A stretch of 64,000 nucleotides of DNA from Desulfomonilia bacterium (GTDB taxonomy: Bacteria > Desulfobacterota > Desulfomonilia > UBA1062), in contig CAXXDQ010000004.1 of the NCBI GenBank assembly GCA_963664325.2, forward strand, positions 320,001-384,000, written 5' to 3'. Below, piece by piece: positions 29,966-38,488 of this stretch. The notes beneath the pieces were generated by a model that was not told where the DNA came from, did not search any database, and worked only from the letters and a program-made list of their open reading frames with translations. Each line of letters begins with the position of its first letter. Position 1 is the first letter of the stretch. The position numbers and the translations under genes are program-made.

Positions 29966-30676
29966 CACTGGTTACAGGCGGCAGCCGCGGCATAGGTCGG
30001 GCGATATGTATGGAGCTTGCGGCAAACGGATATTATGTAATCATCAACTACCGCTCACAAAAGGATGCGGCGGCTGAAACGCTCTCAAAGATAAAAGAAG
30101 CGGGCGGCGAAGGCGAAACCGTGCAGTTCGATGTTGCAAACAGCGACGAGACCGCATCTGCATTGAAGGAACTTCTGGATAAGCACAAATATATCAGGGT
30201 GCTTGTAAACAATGCGGGCATAACCAGCGACAGCCTCTTTCCCATGACATCGAGACAGGGCTGGGAAAGCGTTATAGACACCTCTCTCAAGGGCTTTTAC
30301 AACGTCACGAAGCCGGTGCTCAGAAGCATGATCAGGCAGAAGAACGGAAATATAATAGCCATTGCCTCTATCTCGGGTCTTGCAGGAAATGCAGGACAGG
30401 TGAACTATTCCGCAGCCAAGGCGGGCCTGATTGGCGCATGCAAGGCCCTTGCAAAGGAGATGGCCAAGCTCGGCATAAGGGTAAATGCCGTGGCGCCGGG
30501 ACTTATCGAGACCGAAATGATAAAAGACCTGCCCCTGGACGCTCTTGTCCAGTACATTCCGATGGGCCGTGTGGGCAGACCGGAAGAGGTTGCGAAGGCC
30601 GTCATGTTCCTGTGCTCTGAGAATGCATCGTACATTACCGGACAGGTACTGTCGGTCAACGGGGGGCATGGTCTGA
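29947..30676 (+). CDS. fabG: 3-oxoacyl-ACP reductase (appears fused to the LolA-like gene through one extra G in a G6 tract)
   Basis: VTGGSRGIG, VNNAG, NYSAAK, VNAVAPG, YITGQVLSVNGG. Removing one G at 30661-30666 gives ..VNGGMV-TGA ending at 30676. Confidence 0.88.
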
Positions 30677-31287
30677 TGAAGCCTTATTTTAAGGCCCTTG
30701 TCCTTCTTCTTGCCTTCTCTGCGCTTGTCCTGGCGGGCTGGACCCTTAACTGGGAATCAATTGAAAAGAACATGTCCCAGGTAAAGTCCATCTCTGGAAC
30801 ATTCACCCAGAAAAAAAACGTGAAGATCCTCACCAGGCCGCTGATCAGCAAAGGCCGGCTCTATTACCTCTCGCCTGATTCGATAAGGTGGGAATATACC
30901 GAACCCGTTAAAAGCATCCTTCTTGTGCATAAAGGAAATGTGAAACGTTACATCATGAAGGACAATAAGCTGATTGAAGATTCAAGCGCAAGGCTTGAGG
31001 CCGTCAGGATAGTTGTAGGCCAGATTACCGAGTGGTTTGCCGGCAGGTTTAACGGGAACAGGGATTTCAAGGCGGAAATTATTGAAGGAAGAGTGGTGCT
31101 GACCCCTCAGAATACAACCATCCGGAATTTTATTCAGAAGGTTGTAATAACCTTTTCAAAAAACGACGGCGTGATCTCTGCCATTGAGATTGTCGAGGTA
31201 CAGGCGGGTGCGTCGATATACCTGGAATTTGACGATATAGCTATTAACAAACCCGTCCCTGACGGCATCTTCGAGAGAGCCAGATGA
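30676..31287 (+). CDS. LolA-like outer-membrane lipoprotein/lipid carrier
   Basis: MKPYFKALVLLLAFSALVLAG signal peptide, FTQKK, SKGRLYY..IRWEYTEP; ATG overlaps the restored fabG stop (TGATG). Confidence 0.82.
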   Translation: MKPYFKALVLLLAFSALVLAGWTLNWESIEKNMSQVKSISGTFTQKKNVKILTRPLISKGRLYYLSPDSIRWEYTEPVKSILLVHKGNVKRYIMKDNKLIEDSSARLEAVRIVVGQITEWFAGRFNGNRDFKAEIIEGRVVLTPQNTTIRNFIQKVVITFSKNDGVISAIEIVEVQAGASIYLEFDDIAINKPVPDGIFERAR

Positions 31288-31934
31288 GAAGGGCCGTCTG
31301 TTTTTTGCTGCCGCTCTGCTGTCTGCTCTTTCAATGCGCGCATCAGGAAAAACCGGCAGGTTTGACAATAAACCCCGAGATTGAAAAAGAGTGCCTGTCG
31401 GTTTACCCGTCTAAATCCTTCCGGGCGGTCCACAAGATAGAGGCGGACCTTCCTTTCGGCGGGTACGAGACTTTTATCGGTGTGACAGAGGTTCATCCCG
31501 ATACCGGCCTTATCAAGGTGATCCTATTGTCTCCTGAGGGCATAACCCTTCTTGATGCCGAATGCTCGAGCCAGGGAACAACGGTCAATTCTGGTATTCC
31601 ACCGCTTGATAAAAAAGATTTTGCAGAAAAGTTCTCGGATAACATACGTTTTCTTTTCATGCCCCCCAAGGGCCGTCTCGAAGGTTCTTTAACTAATTCA
31701 GACAGCTCATGCCTCTGCATCTGGACAAAAGATAATTTCAGGACGGAAATTAAAAAAGAAAAAGGCCGTGCTGTTTTAAGCGAGATAGAAGGCTCGTCAA
31801 GAATCTCCCGTCAGGTTGTCTTTACGCCGCCTGCAACTGATGGATTGTACTCAAGGATGACACTTCAGACAAAAGGCCTCGGCGGATACAGGCTGAACTT
31901 TGAATTGCTTCAGACCGAAGATACCGGCAACTGA
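31284..31934 (+). CDS. Putative lipoprotein (DUF3261/ApeM-like by context)
   Basis: Signal peptide ending LLFQC; ATGA overlap with the lolA-like gene. Confidence 0.55.
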   Translation: MRRAVCFLLPLCCLLFQCAHQEKPAGLTINPEIEKECLSVYPSKSFRAVHKIEADLPFGGYETFIGVTEVHPDTGLIKVILLSPEGITLLDAECSSQGTTVNSGIPPLDKKDFAEKFSDNIRFLFMPPKGRLEGSLTNSDSSCLCIWTKDNFRTEIKKEKGRAVLSEIEGSSRISRQVVFTPPATDGLYSRMTLQTKGLGGYRLNFELLQTEDTGN

Positions 31935-31958
31935 ACGGTTAGCAACAGTTGCCGGTAT
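31921..31958. terminator. 13-bp perfect inverted repeat between convergent genes
   Basis: ATACCGGCAACTG-N12-CAGTTGCCGGTAT. Confidence 0.55.
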
Positions 31959-31977
31959 TGCGTTTAATACAGAATGA

Positions 31978-32400
31978 TTATTTGACTTTCTTGAGGACCA
32001 TCGGGGTCGGGGCGGTCTGGCCGGTATCGCGGGATTTGTAATAATTGCCATAGAGTTCTTTACCGTTTCTCAGTTCAAACTTGGCAGTATAATCGACCGC
32101 GGCTCCGTTATAGAGGACCAGGTAGACTGTGTTTCCGGACACTATTCCTTTAATGACATAAGTGCTGATATTGCCGGTTACATTATTGCCTTTCTGCAGC
32201 AGTTCGCCCTGTCCCCAGCTCATGAATGAATCTGTTTCATTGAGAGAGTCTTTCCAGGTTCCCGAAATATTCACGGCGGCAGGTGTTCCACCCGCTTTTG
32301 CTGCAAGCCATGAATCAATGTCGGTCTCCTTCAGTGCGCTGGCGCAGGACATGATAAAGAATACCGGGACGATAAATAGAATTAACATGAGTTTTTTCAT
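31978..32400 (-). CDS. Small lipoprotein of unknown function
   Basis: MKKLMLILFIVPVFFIMSC lipobox-like signal, AAAGGAG RBS. Confidence 0.7.
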   Translation of the reverse strand: MKKLMLILFIVPVFFIMSCASALKETDIDSWLAAKAGGTPAAVNISGTWKDSLNETDSFMSWGQGELLQKGNNVTGNISTYVIKGIVSGNTVYLVLYNGAAVDYTAKFELRNGKELYGNYYKSRDTGQTAPTPMVLKKVK

Positions 32401-32459
32401 AATCGGGTCTCCTTTCTTTATCGTTTATTTTTAATAATAATGCAGCTGAAAAAATATAA

Positions 32460-33047
32460 TCAAGCTGTTTTTTTCCGTGACAAGAACTCAATGATATTTT
32501 TCTTATGGCCGGCAAAAATTAAAATAACTGTAGCAGCCGTTGCAGCCGCGGAGATGGGGTTAAACTGAAAATTAAACGACAAGCCGATTCCCATCAGGGC
32601 TATGACAATAAAAGACGGCATGAACGTAATCCTGACAAGCTTGTATATCAGAGGCCAGAGAAAGGTCGCCAGGAGTCCCCAGACGGGTAAGATGAATATG
32701 GCAAAACCCATATAACTGGCCACGCCCTTGCCGCCTTTAAAGCCGTGGAAGCACGGATAGCGGTTCCCAAGCACAAGGAAAAATCCGGCAAATGCAACAT
32801 CCTGCACGGGCAGAAGTTTAAGCGATAACAATGAAACCAGACCTGCACGGCCTATATCAAGTACAAGCACCAGGGCGGCCCAGAAAGGTCCCGCTATTCT
32901 GTATACATTGGTTGTCCCGGGATTCCCTGAAAATTTTTTTCTCGGGTCATCCAGTCCAAGCAGCCTGAAGGTGATCATGGAAAAATTTATTGAACCGATA
33001 ATGTAGGAGCAAAGAAGAATTAGAACAGCTACAAGAGTCGTATTCAC
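32460..33047 (-). CDS. plsY: Acyl-phosphate:glycerol-3-phosphate acyltransferase
   Basis: SYIIGSINF, SGNPGTTNVYR, FKGGKGVA, HKKNI; multi-TM, 195 aa. Confidence 0.88.
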   Translation of the reverse strand: MNTTLVAVLILLCSYIIGSINFSMITFRLLGLDDPRKKFSGNPGTTNVYRIAGPFWAALVLVLDIGRAGLVSLLSLKLLPVQDVAFAGFFLVLGNRYPCFHGFKGGKGVASYMGFAIFILPVWGLLATFLWPLIYKLVRITFMPSFIVIALMGIGLSFNFQFNPISAAATAATVILIFAGHKKNIIEFLSRKKTA

Positions 33048-33448
33048 GGGTTGTATACTTGGATGGCTGTCGTTCCGTATATTGTATCACCAGTAAAAAC
33101 GCGGCCTTCGAACACGCCGTAATTATCCATATCAAGAGTCCTCCTGCATGAAATATAAACAGGGATTCCCACCGGCAGATGAGCCGTCCCGATCTCGGCA
33201 CTGCGTATCCCGACAAGAAACCCGGCCCCTCCCAATTTTTTCTTATCGCGCCTGCACCAGCCGACATAAGCGCTTGTAGTCTGTGCAACGAGTTCAATAA
33301 TCACCATCGGATCAATCCCTTCCTGCCTCTGGAAAGGCCATGTTTCTGTTGGTACGGCTATGGCCTTGCAGCTGTTTTCATCCGATTCGAGAATATCCTG
33401 AATCAGTTTCATTCCGTCCCTGTGGGGCATGTAGGATTCAATATCCAT
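33044..33448 (-). CDS. Hotdog-fold 3-hydroxyacyl-ACP dehydratase (ApeP-like)
   Basis: MPHRDGMKLI, IELVAQT, GFLVGIR. Confidence 0.82.
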   Translation of the reverse strand: MDIESYMPHRDGMKLIQDILESDENSCKAIAVPTETWPFQRQEGIDPMVIIELVAQTTSAYVGWCRRDKKKLGGAGFLVGIRSAEIGTAHLPVGIPVYISCRRTLDMDNYGVFEGRVFTGDTIYGTTAIQVYNP

Positions 33449-33453
33449 GATAT

Positions 33454-33825
33454 TTATTTTGAATCATTAACTGGCCTGTCCGTTTCAATAAAACCGGAGC
33501 ATATAAGGTTTTCATCCCCTGATATGTCAAATGAGACGACTTTTGAACCTCCCTCGTTTCTCCATGCAATTTTTATATTCAGGAATGCATTGTCATGAAC
33601 AATCTGCCGGAAGCGGGTACGCCTCAGGCCTGTTATCCTTATATCCGGAATTGCTTTTCTTAAAAGCTCCTGAACCATACACAGCATGGAAACACCGGGC
33701 AGGACGGGCTCCCCGGGGAAATGTCCATTAAACCATAAAGATCCGGCCGGAATATTGAATTGTCCGGTAATACAGTCTTTGTTCAAGTTGTAACCGAGCA
33801 GTGTATGCCAGGTGACTTCCGCCAT
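33454..33825 (-). CDS. FabZ/ApeI-like dehydratase
   Basis: WFNGHFPGEPVLPGV motif; ATG 33825 just after the ACP stop. Confidence 0.82.
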   Translation of the reverse strand: MAEVTWHTLLGYNLNKDCITGQFNIPAGSLWFNGHFPGEPVLPGVSMLCMVQELLRKAIPDIRITGLRRTRFRQIVHDNAFLNIKIAWRNEGGSKVVSFDISGDENLICSGFIETDRPVNDSK

Positions 33826-33829
33826 ATAA

Positions 33830-34075
33830 TCAGCTTGGGATTTTTTTATAGATAAATTCAACAACATCCCTGACGGTACGGATATGTTTGAGTTCTTCTC
33901 CTTCAATTTCCATATCGAGCCTTGCTTCAAGCATTCCTATCATATCAAGCGCATCGATGCTGTCCAGACCCAGGTCATCTTTGAGGAGAGCTTCCATTGT
34001 TATATTATCCTCCGGAACCTCAAACTGGCTGATGAAATATTCTTTGATGATATCAAAGATTTCCTTTTTTTCCAT
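33830..34075 (-). CDS. Acyl carrier protein
   Basis: DDLGLDSIDALDM motif, acidic, IRTVRDVV. Confidence 0.92.
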   Translation of the reverse strand: MEKKEIFDIIKEYFISQFEVPEDNITMEALLKDDLGLDSIDALDMIGMLEARLDMEIEGEELKHIRTVRDVVEFIYKKIPS

Positions 34076-34236
34076 GTTTTCTCCCAAGCGGGTCTAAAAA
34101 ACCGATCCGAAAATCATTTACAATGCAAGGGTGCCCAGTGTCAAATTGATTAAAGGTGATATTTCAAATGCCAGCAGCATACGCTCTGTGGTATTTTATT
34201 CCTGTTATATAAAGCCGATTGATAAAGGGGGTTGAT

Positions 34237-35304
34237 ATGAAAATTCTAGCAATAAGCTCAAGCCCGAGAGGGAACGGGCAGAGCAAGACGGAGATGCTTC
34301 TTGAACCTCTTCTGGAAGGTATGAAGGAGGCTTCAGCCGAGATCGAGGTTATCCATCTTCGGAACAAAAAAATTAAGAACTGCACCGGGTGTTATTCCTG
34401 CTGGACAAAAACTCCGGGTAAATGCGTGCATAAAGACGACATGACCAAAGAGCTGTTCCCGAAATACATCGGGTCTGACATAGTCATATTTGCATCCCCT
34501 CTTTATTTTTTCTCGGTTACAGCGGGCATGAAGACCTTCATTGACAGGACGCTTCCGATGGCAGAGCCCTTTATGATTGAGAAGAACGGCAAATCATCAC
34601 ATCCTCTGAGATGTCATGTCCCGAAGATCGTGGCCCTCTCTGTCGCCGGATTTCCCGAACTGGCTGTTTTTGATCAACTTTCATCATGGCTTAGGTATAT
34701 TTACAAAACGGATCTGATCGCGGAGATTTACCGGCCAGGGGCGGAATCTCTCGCCGCACCGGCTTTCGATAAAATAAAGGCGGATATTTTTGATGCATTA
34801 AGGAAGGCCGGACGCGAGATAGTTATGAACCAGTCCGTATCTGCAAATATAATGGAAAGGATATCGCTGCCCATTATTGACACGGAGACTTTCAAGCTCC
34901 TTGCCAATATGTGGTGGAAGACCTGCATAAAGGAAGGGGTGAATGCCAGGGAGGCTTCGAAAAAAAACCTAATCCCCAGGGCCGAGAATATTCCCGAGTT
35001 TCTTGCCATCTCGCGCATCGCATTCAAGCCCGAAAAGGCAAGAGACATTCGGACGGACATTCAATTCCTGTTCACCGGAGAAGGAAAGGGAGCCTGCACG
35101 CTGCACATTAAAAACGGCGCCATCAGGACTTCGGAAGGCATCGCCTCTGAAAAACCCGGCCTCACGATCAAAACGCCGTTTGATTTGTGGATGGACATAA
35201 TGACCCAGAAGACGGACGGAGGGGCGGCTTTCATCGAAGGCAGGTATACCGCTGAAGGAGACCTCGATATACTGATGAATTTTTCCAAATACTTTGGGGC
35301 ATAA
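34237..35304 (+). CDS. Iron-sulfur flavoprotein / NADPH-dependent FMN reductase fused to an SCP2 lipid-binding domain
   Basis: SSSPR, CTGCYSCW..GKCVHKDD, ASPLY, KTFIDR; C-terminal IQFLFTGE..AFIEGRYTAEGD. Confidence 0.82.
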   Translation: MKILAISSSPRGNGQSKTEMLLEPLLEGMKEASAEIEVIHLRNKKIKNCTGCYSCWTKTPGKCVHKDDMTKELFPKYIGSDIVIFASPLYFFSVTAGMKTFIDRTLPMAEPFMIEKNGKSSHPLRCHVPKIVALSVAGFPELAVFDQLSSWLRYIYKTDLIAEIYRPGAESLAAPAFDKIKADIFDALRKAGREIVMNQSVSANIMERISLPIIDTETFKLLANMWWKTCIKEGVNAREASKKNLIPRAENIPEFLAISRIAFKPEKARDIRTDIQFLFTGEGKGACTLHIKNGAIRTSEGIASEKPGLTIKTPFDLWMDIMTQKTDGGAAFIEGRYTAEGDLDILMNFSKYFGA

Positions 35305-35312
35305 TATAGCTC

Positions 35313-37439
35313 ATGCCGCGCATATTTAAATGGCTTGGCCGTGTCATAATAATTATTCTGGCTGCCGGGGCAGCCTTGTTTCTGGGTTTCTACCTTTGTC
35401 TTACCCCTTACAACGTTGAAAAAGCCTGCTATAACGGGCCCGGTGATGGCCTTGGCCAGGCAAGGTTGTTAAACAGCCCGTGGCAGGCCGGAAGTGCTGA
35501 AAACAATATCACGGTCGAATATAAGGCTGGCAAAGACGGCATAGCCGAAAACGGCGGGATCAAGATAAGCCTTGGCCATGTCATTGCCATCAGAGGGATG
35601 AGAGAACTGTATGTACCGTTTGACCTTTCGATATGGGCCCTTGTTTTTTTCGATATGAACCCTTACAGAAATGCTGCCGTATCCTCAAGCGCTCCCCTTT
35701 CGCAGGCGGAGCTGAATCTTGAAACCCCTTCGAAATACAGCCTGTTGAAAGACTATTTTTCCCTGATAAAATACAAGCGTTCAGAGACCGGAAAGAGTTC
35801 GCGCGATAACCTTTTAAGGGATATCGACAGGAACATCGGCCTGACGGTCAGGGTTAAAAGGGGAGCACTCAAAGAAGGCGATGTTGTAAGAATTACTTTA
35901 AAGAATATAAAGGCTCCTTTCAGGGAAACGGCCTGGGATATTGTCACATCCGATGACCATGACGGCGATGGATTGTTCGGCTTTATCAATCAGATGCCAA
36001 GGCTGGAGGTCAAGGTAAACAAAACCGCTGGCCTTTTTCTGAGCGCGCCCATGAATGCAAAGCCAGGAGAAGAAATCGATCTGCTTGTTGCCGCATCCGG
36101 CAGCACAGATTCCCTGGAAAGGGCTGAGGCTTATAAATCCACAGTGAAGCTGTATTCAAACCAGCCAGTTACCGGGCTGCCTGAAAGTTATAAGTTTATG
36201 CCTGAAGACAGAGGCTTTAAGCGTTTCAGGTTTAAAATCCCAACAGAAGGCCTTTACAAAATTACGGCCATAGATGAAAACGGATTAGCCGGCAGCAGCA
36301 ATTACATTGATACGAGACCATACAAAGATTTTATATTCTTCGGCGATATGCATGTCCACTCTGTCCTCTCTTATTTCGGTGAACGGGAGCCCGAATACGT
36401 CTTTGAAAGGAAAAGGGATATCGAAGGACTGGATTTTGCGTGCCTGACCGATAATGACATGGCAGGCGTTCCTCCACATACCAGCATAAATGCAACGCTC
36501 GGTATGACCCAGGGCGAATGGGAGCATATCAGGAAGCTTTCCGAAAGGTTCAACCGGCCGGGAAAGTTTGTAACCTTATCCGGTTATGACTGGATCTCCG
36601 GCAAAAACGGCTTCAGGAATATTTATTTCGGACCCGAAGTCGACAACCCTCCCATATTGTACCACGGCAGGGACGAGTACGATTCACCGTTAAAACTTGA
36701 TAGCGCACTTAACGGCATTGATGCCTTGATCGCAGATTATTCTCCGGCCCTTCTTACTGAAAATGCAAGCCACAACTGGGGCTCTTATACGCAAAGGCGC
36801 AGGATCATAGAAATTTACAACAGTGACGGGGCCTGTGAGTTTTATGACAATCCTTTCAATGTCAGCAAAGCATGGCAGGATATACCCGTTAAAAACAGGT
36901 TTTTTAAATGGCTGACAGGTTATGATTTCAGACAGGCACCAGACGATTCCGGCAGTTTTGTACAGGATATCCTGGCCAAGGGCTGGAAACTGGGCTTTAC
37001 GGCCTCAAGCAACGGGTATTATATGGCCTGGATAAACCAGACCTACAAACCCGGGTTAACGGCAGTTATCAGCACCGGCCTTGACCGGAAAAGCATTTAC
37101 AATTCAATTAAAGATCGCAGCACTTATGCAACCACCGGGGTGAAAATCGGCCTGAGATTCACCTGCAACAACCTCCCTATGGGCGGTGCCGTAAAAACAT
37201 CAGGCGCCCCTCTGCTTTCTTATGAGGTCCTTGGCACCGGTAAAATAAAATGTATCGAACTGATAAAGTTTGACGGTAAATATGCTGTGCTCTCAACAAA
37301 CACCCCCCCGGGCGACACGGCCTGTTTTAACTTCAGGGACATCGCATTCAGTAAAAAGGCTTTCTATTATGTCAGGGTCACGCAGGCGGACGGCAATATG
37401 GCATGGAGTTCGCCGATATGGGTGGAGCGGGAACAATGA
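35313..37439 (+). CDS. Membrane-anchored DUF3604/PHP-like protein
   Basis: N-terminal TM, FFGDMHVHS, LDFACLTD, STYATTG, YYVRVTQADGNMAWSSPIW. Confidence 0.7.
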   Translation: MPRIFKWLGRVIIIILAAGAALFLGFYLCLTPYNVEKACYNGPGDGLGQARLLNSPWQAGSAENNITVEYKAGKDGIAENGGIKISLGHVIAIRGMRELYVPFDLSIWALVFFDMNPYRNAAVSSSAPLSQAELNLETPSKYSLLKDYFSLIKYKRSETGKSSRDNLLRDIDRNIGLTVRVKRGALKEGDVVRITLKNIKAPFRETAWDIVTSDDHDGDGLFGFINQMPRLEVKVNKTAGLFLSAPMNAKPGEEIDLLVAASGSTDSLERAEAYKSTVKLYSNQPVTGLPESYKFMPEDRGFKRFRFKIPTEGLYKITAIDENGLAGSSNYIDTRPYKDFIFFGDMHVHSVLSYFGEREPEYVFERKRDIEGLDFACLTDNDMAGVPPHTSINATLGMTQGEWEHIRKLSERFNRPGKFVTLSGYDWISGKNGFRNIYFGPEVDNPPILYHGRDEYDSPLKLDSALNGIDALIADYSPALLTENASHNWGSYTQRRRIIEIYNSDGACEFYDNPFNVSKAWQDIPVKNRFFKWLTGYDFRQAPDDSGSFVQDILAKGWKLGFTASSNGYYMAWINQTYKPGLTAVISTGLDRKSIYNSIKDRSTYATTGVKIGLRFTCNNLPMGGAVKTSGAPLLSYEVLGTGKIKCIELIKFDGKYAVLSTNTPPGDTACFNFRDIAFSKKAFYYVRVTQADGNMAWSSPIWVEREQ

Positions 37440-38464
37440 CGGGATTTAAGGTCCTCACCCCTGATATAATCATCAATACGGTTGAAAGGGCTGTCGGCAA
37501 AAGATTTACTGGCCTTTTGATACAGCATCCGAGCTATATAAACCGCGTCTACGAACTGCAGGCCATGGACGGCGAGCGTGTCGTTGCCAAGTTCTACCGG
37601 CCGGGCAGATGGAGCAGAGAGGCCCTGGAAGAAGAGCATGCCTTCATTGCCGACTGCGAGACCGATGAAATACCGGTTGTGGCGCCTTTTAAGCTGACGA
37701 ACGGATCAACCCTGTTCGATGTCGAAAACATAAACCTTGCCGTTTTTCCCAAAAAGGGCGGCCGGATGTTCGAAATAAATGCCGATGAAGACTGGGTGCG
37801 CGTCGGAGGCATTATCGGCCGCATTCATGCCGCAGGGGCAAAAAGGCAGGCCGTGGCCAGGGTAAGGCTCCATCCCGGGATATCCACCCGGGCGGATATT
37901 GAATTCCTGCTTGAAGGCGGATTTATTCACCCCGAATTGAGGGATGCGTTCAGGGAAGAATGCTTTCAGATACTCGAAGCGATTACGGAGCTGTTTGAAG
38001 GCGCCGAATACATCCGCATTCACGGCGACTGCCACAGGGGAAATCTTATCGAGAGGCCGGGTGAAGGACTGATGGTGATCGACTTTGACGACATGATGAC
38101 GGGCCCGCCGGTGCAGGACATATGGCTGATGCTGCCGGACCACTATACAAGGACAAAGCGGGAAATTGAACTGATAATGAACGGGTATGAAGATTTCAGG
38201 GAATTTGACTATTCATCGCTTAAACTGATCGAGCCGCTCCGTTTCATGCGCATCATTTATTATCTGGCCTGGTGCGCGCGCCAGGGGGACGACCTCGACT
38301 TTCAGCGTGACCATCCGGACTGGGGCAACGAGATGTTCTGGAGCAGGGAACTTGTGGACCTGCGCCATCAGTTCCAGATCATCATGGAGCACAGGGAGGA
38401 ATGGGAGAGGCAGCACGGAAACGTACTGCCCGACGACGAAAGCGATGACGGGTTCTATTACTGA
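37436..38464 (+). CDS. srkA: Stress response Ser/Thr kinase (SrkA/RdoA/YihE)
   Basis: SYINRVY, VAKFYRPGRWS..LEEEH, RIHGDCHRGN, IDFDD..GPPVQDIW. Confidence 0.9.
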   Translation: MTGFKVLTPDIIINTVERAVGKRFTGLLIQHPSYINRVYELQAMDGERVVAKFYRPGRWSREALEEEHAFIADCETDEIPVVAPFKLTNGSTLFDVENINLAVFPKKGGRMFEINADEDWVRVGGIIGRIHAAGAKRQAVARVRLHPGISTRADIEFLLEGGFIHPELRDAFREECFQILEAITELFEGAEYIRIHGDCHRGNLIERPGEGLMVIDFDDMMTGPPVQDIWLMLPDHYTRTKREIELIMNGYEDFREFDYSSLKLIEPLRFMRIIYYLAWCARQGDDLDFQRDHPDWGNEMFWSRELVDLRHQFQIIMEHREEWERQHGNVLPDDESDDGFYY

Positions 38465-38488
38465 TTATATACCCGTCATCCTAATGCC

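Noticed and set aside
29947-31287. Novel FabG-LolA fusion protein (446 aa in the ORF track)
   Set aside because: One fewer G restores a normal FabG end with a TGATG overlap onto a signal peptide; treated as an indel, not a new architecture
8513-34075. Claim that the cluster makes ladderanes
   Set aside because: Similar gene content does not establish the product; ladderane enzymes are not defined, and the aromatic lyase points to a different starter
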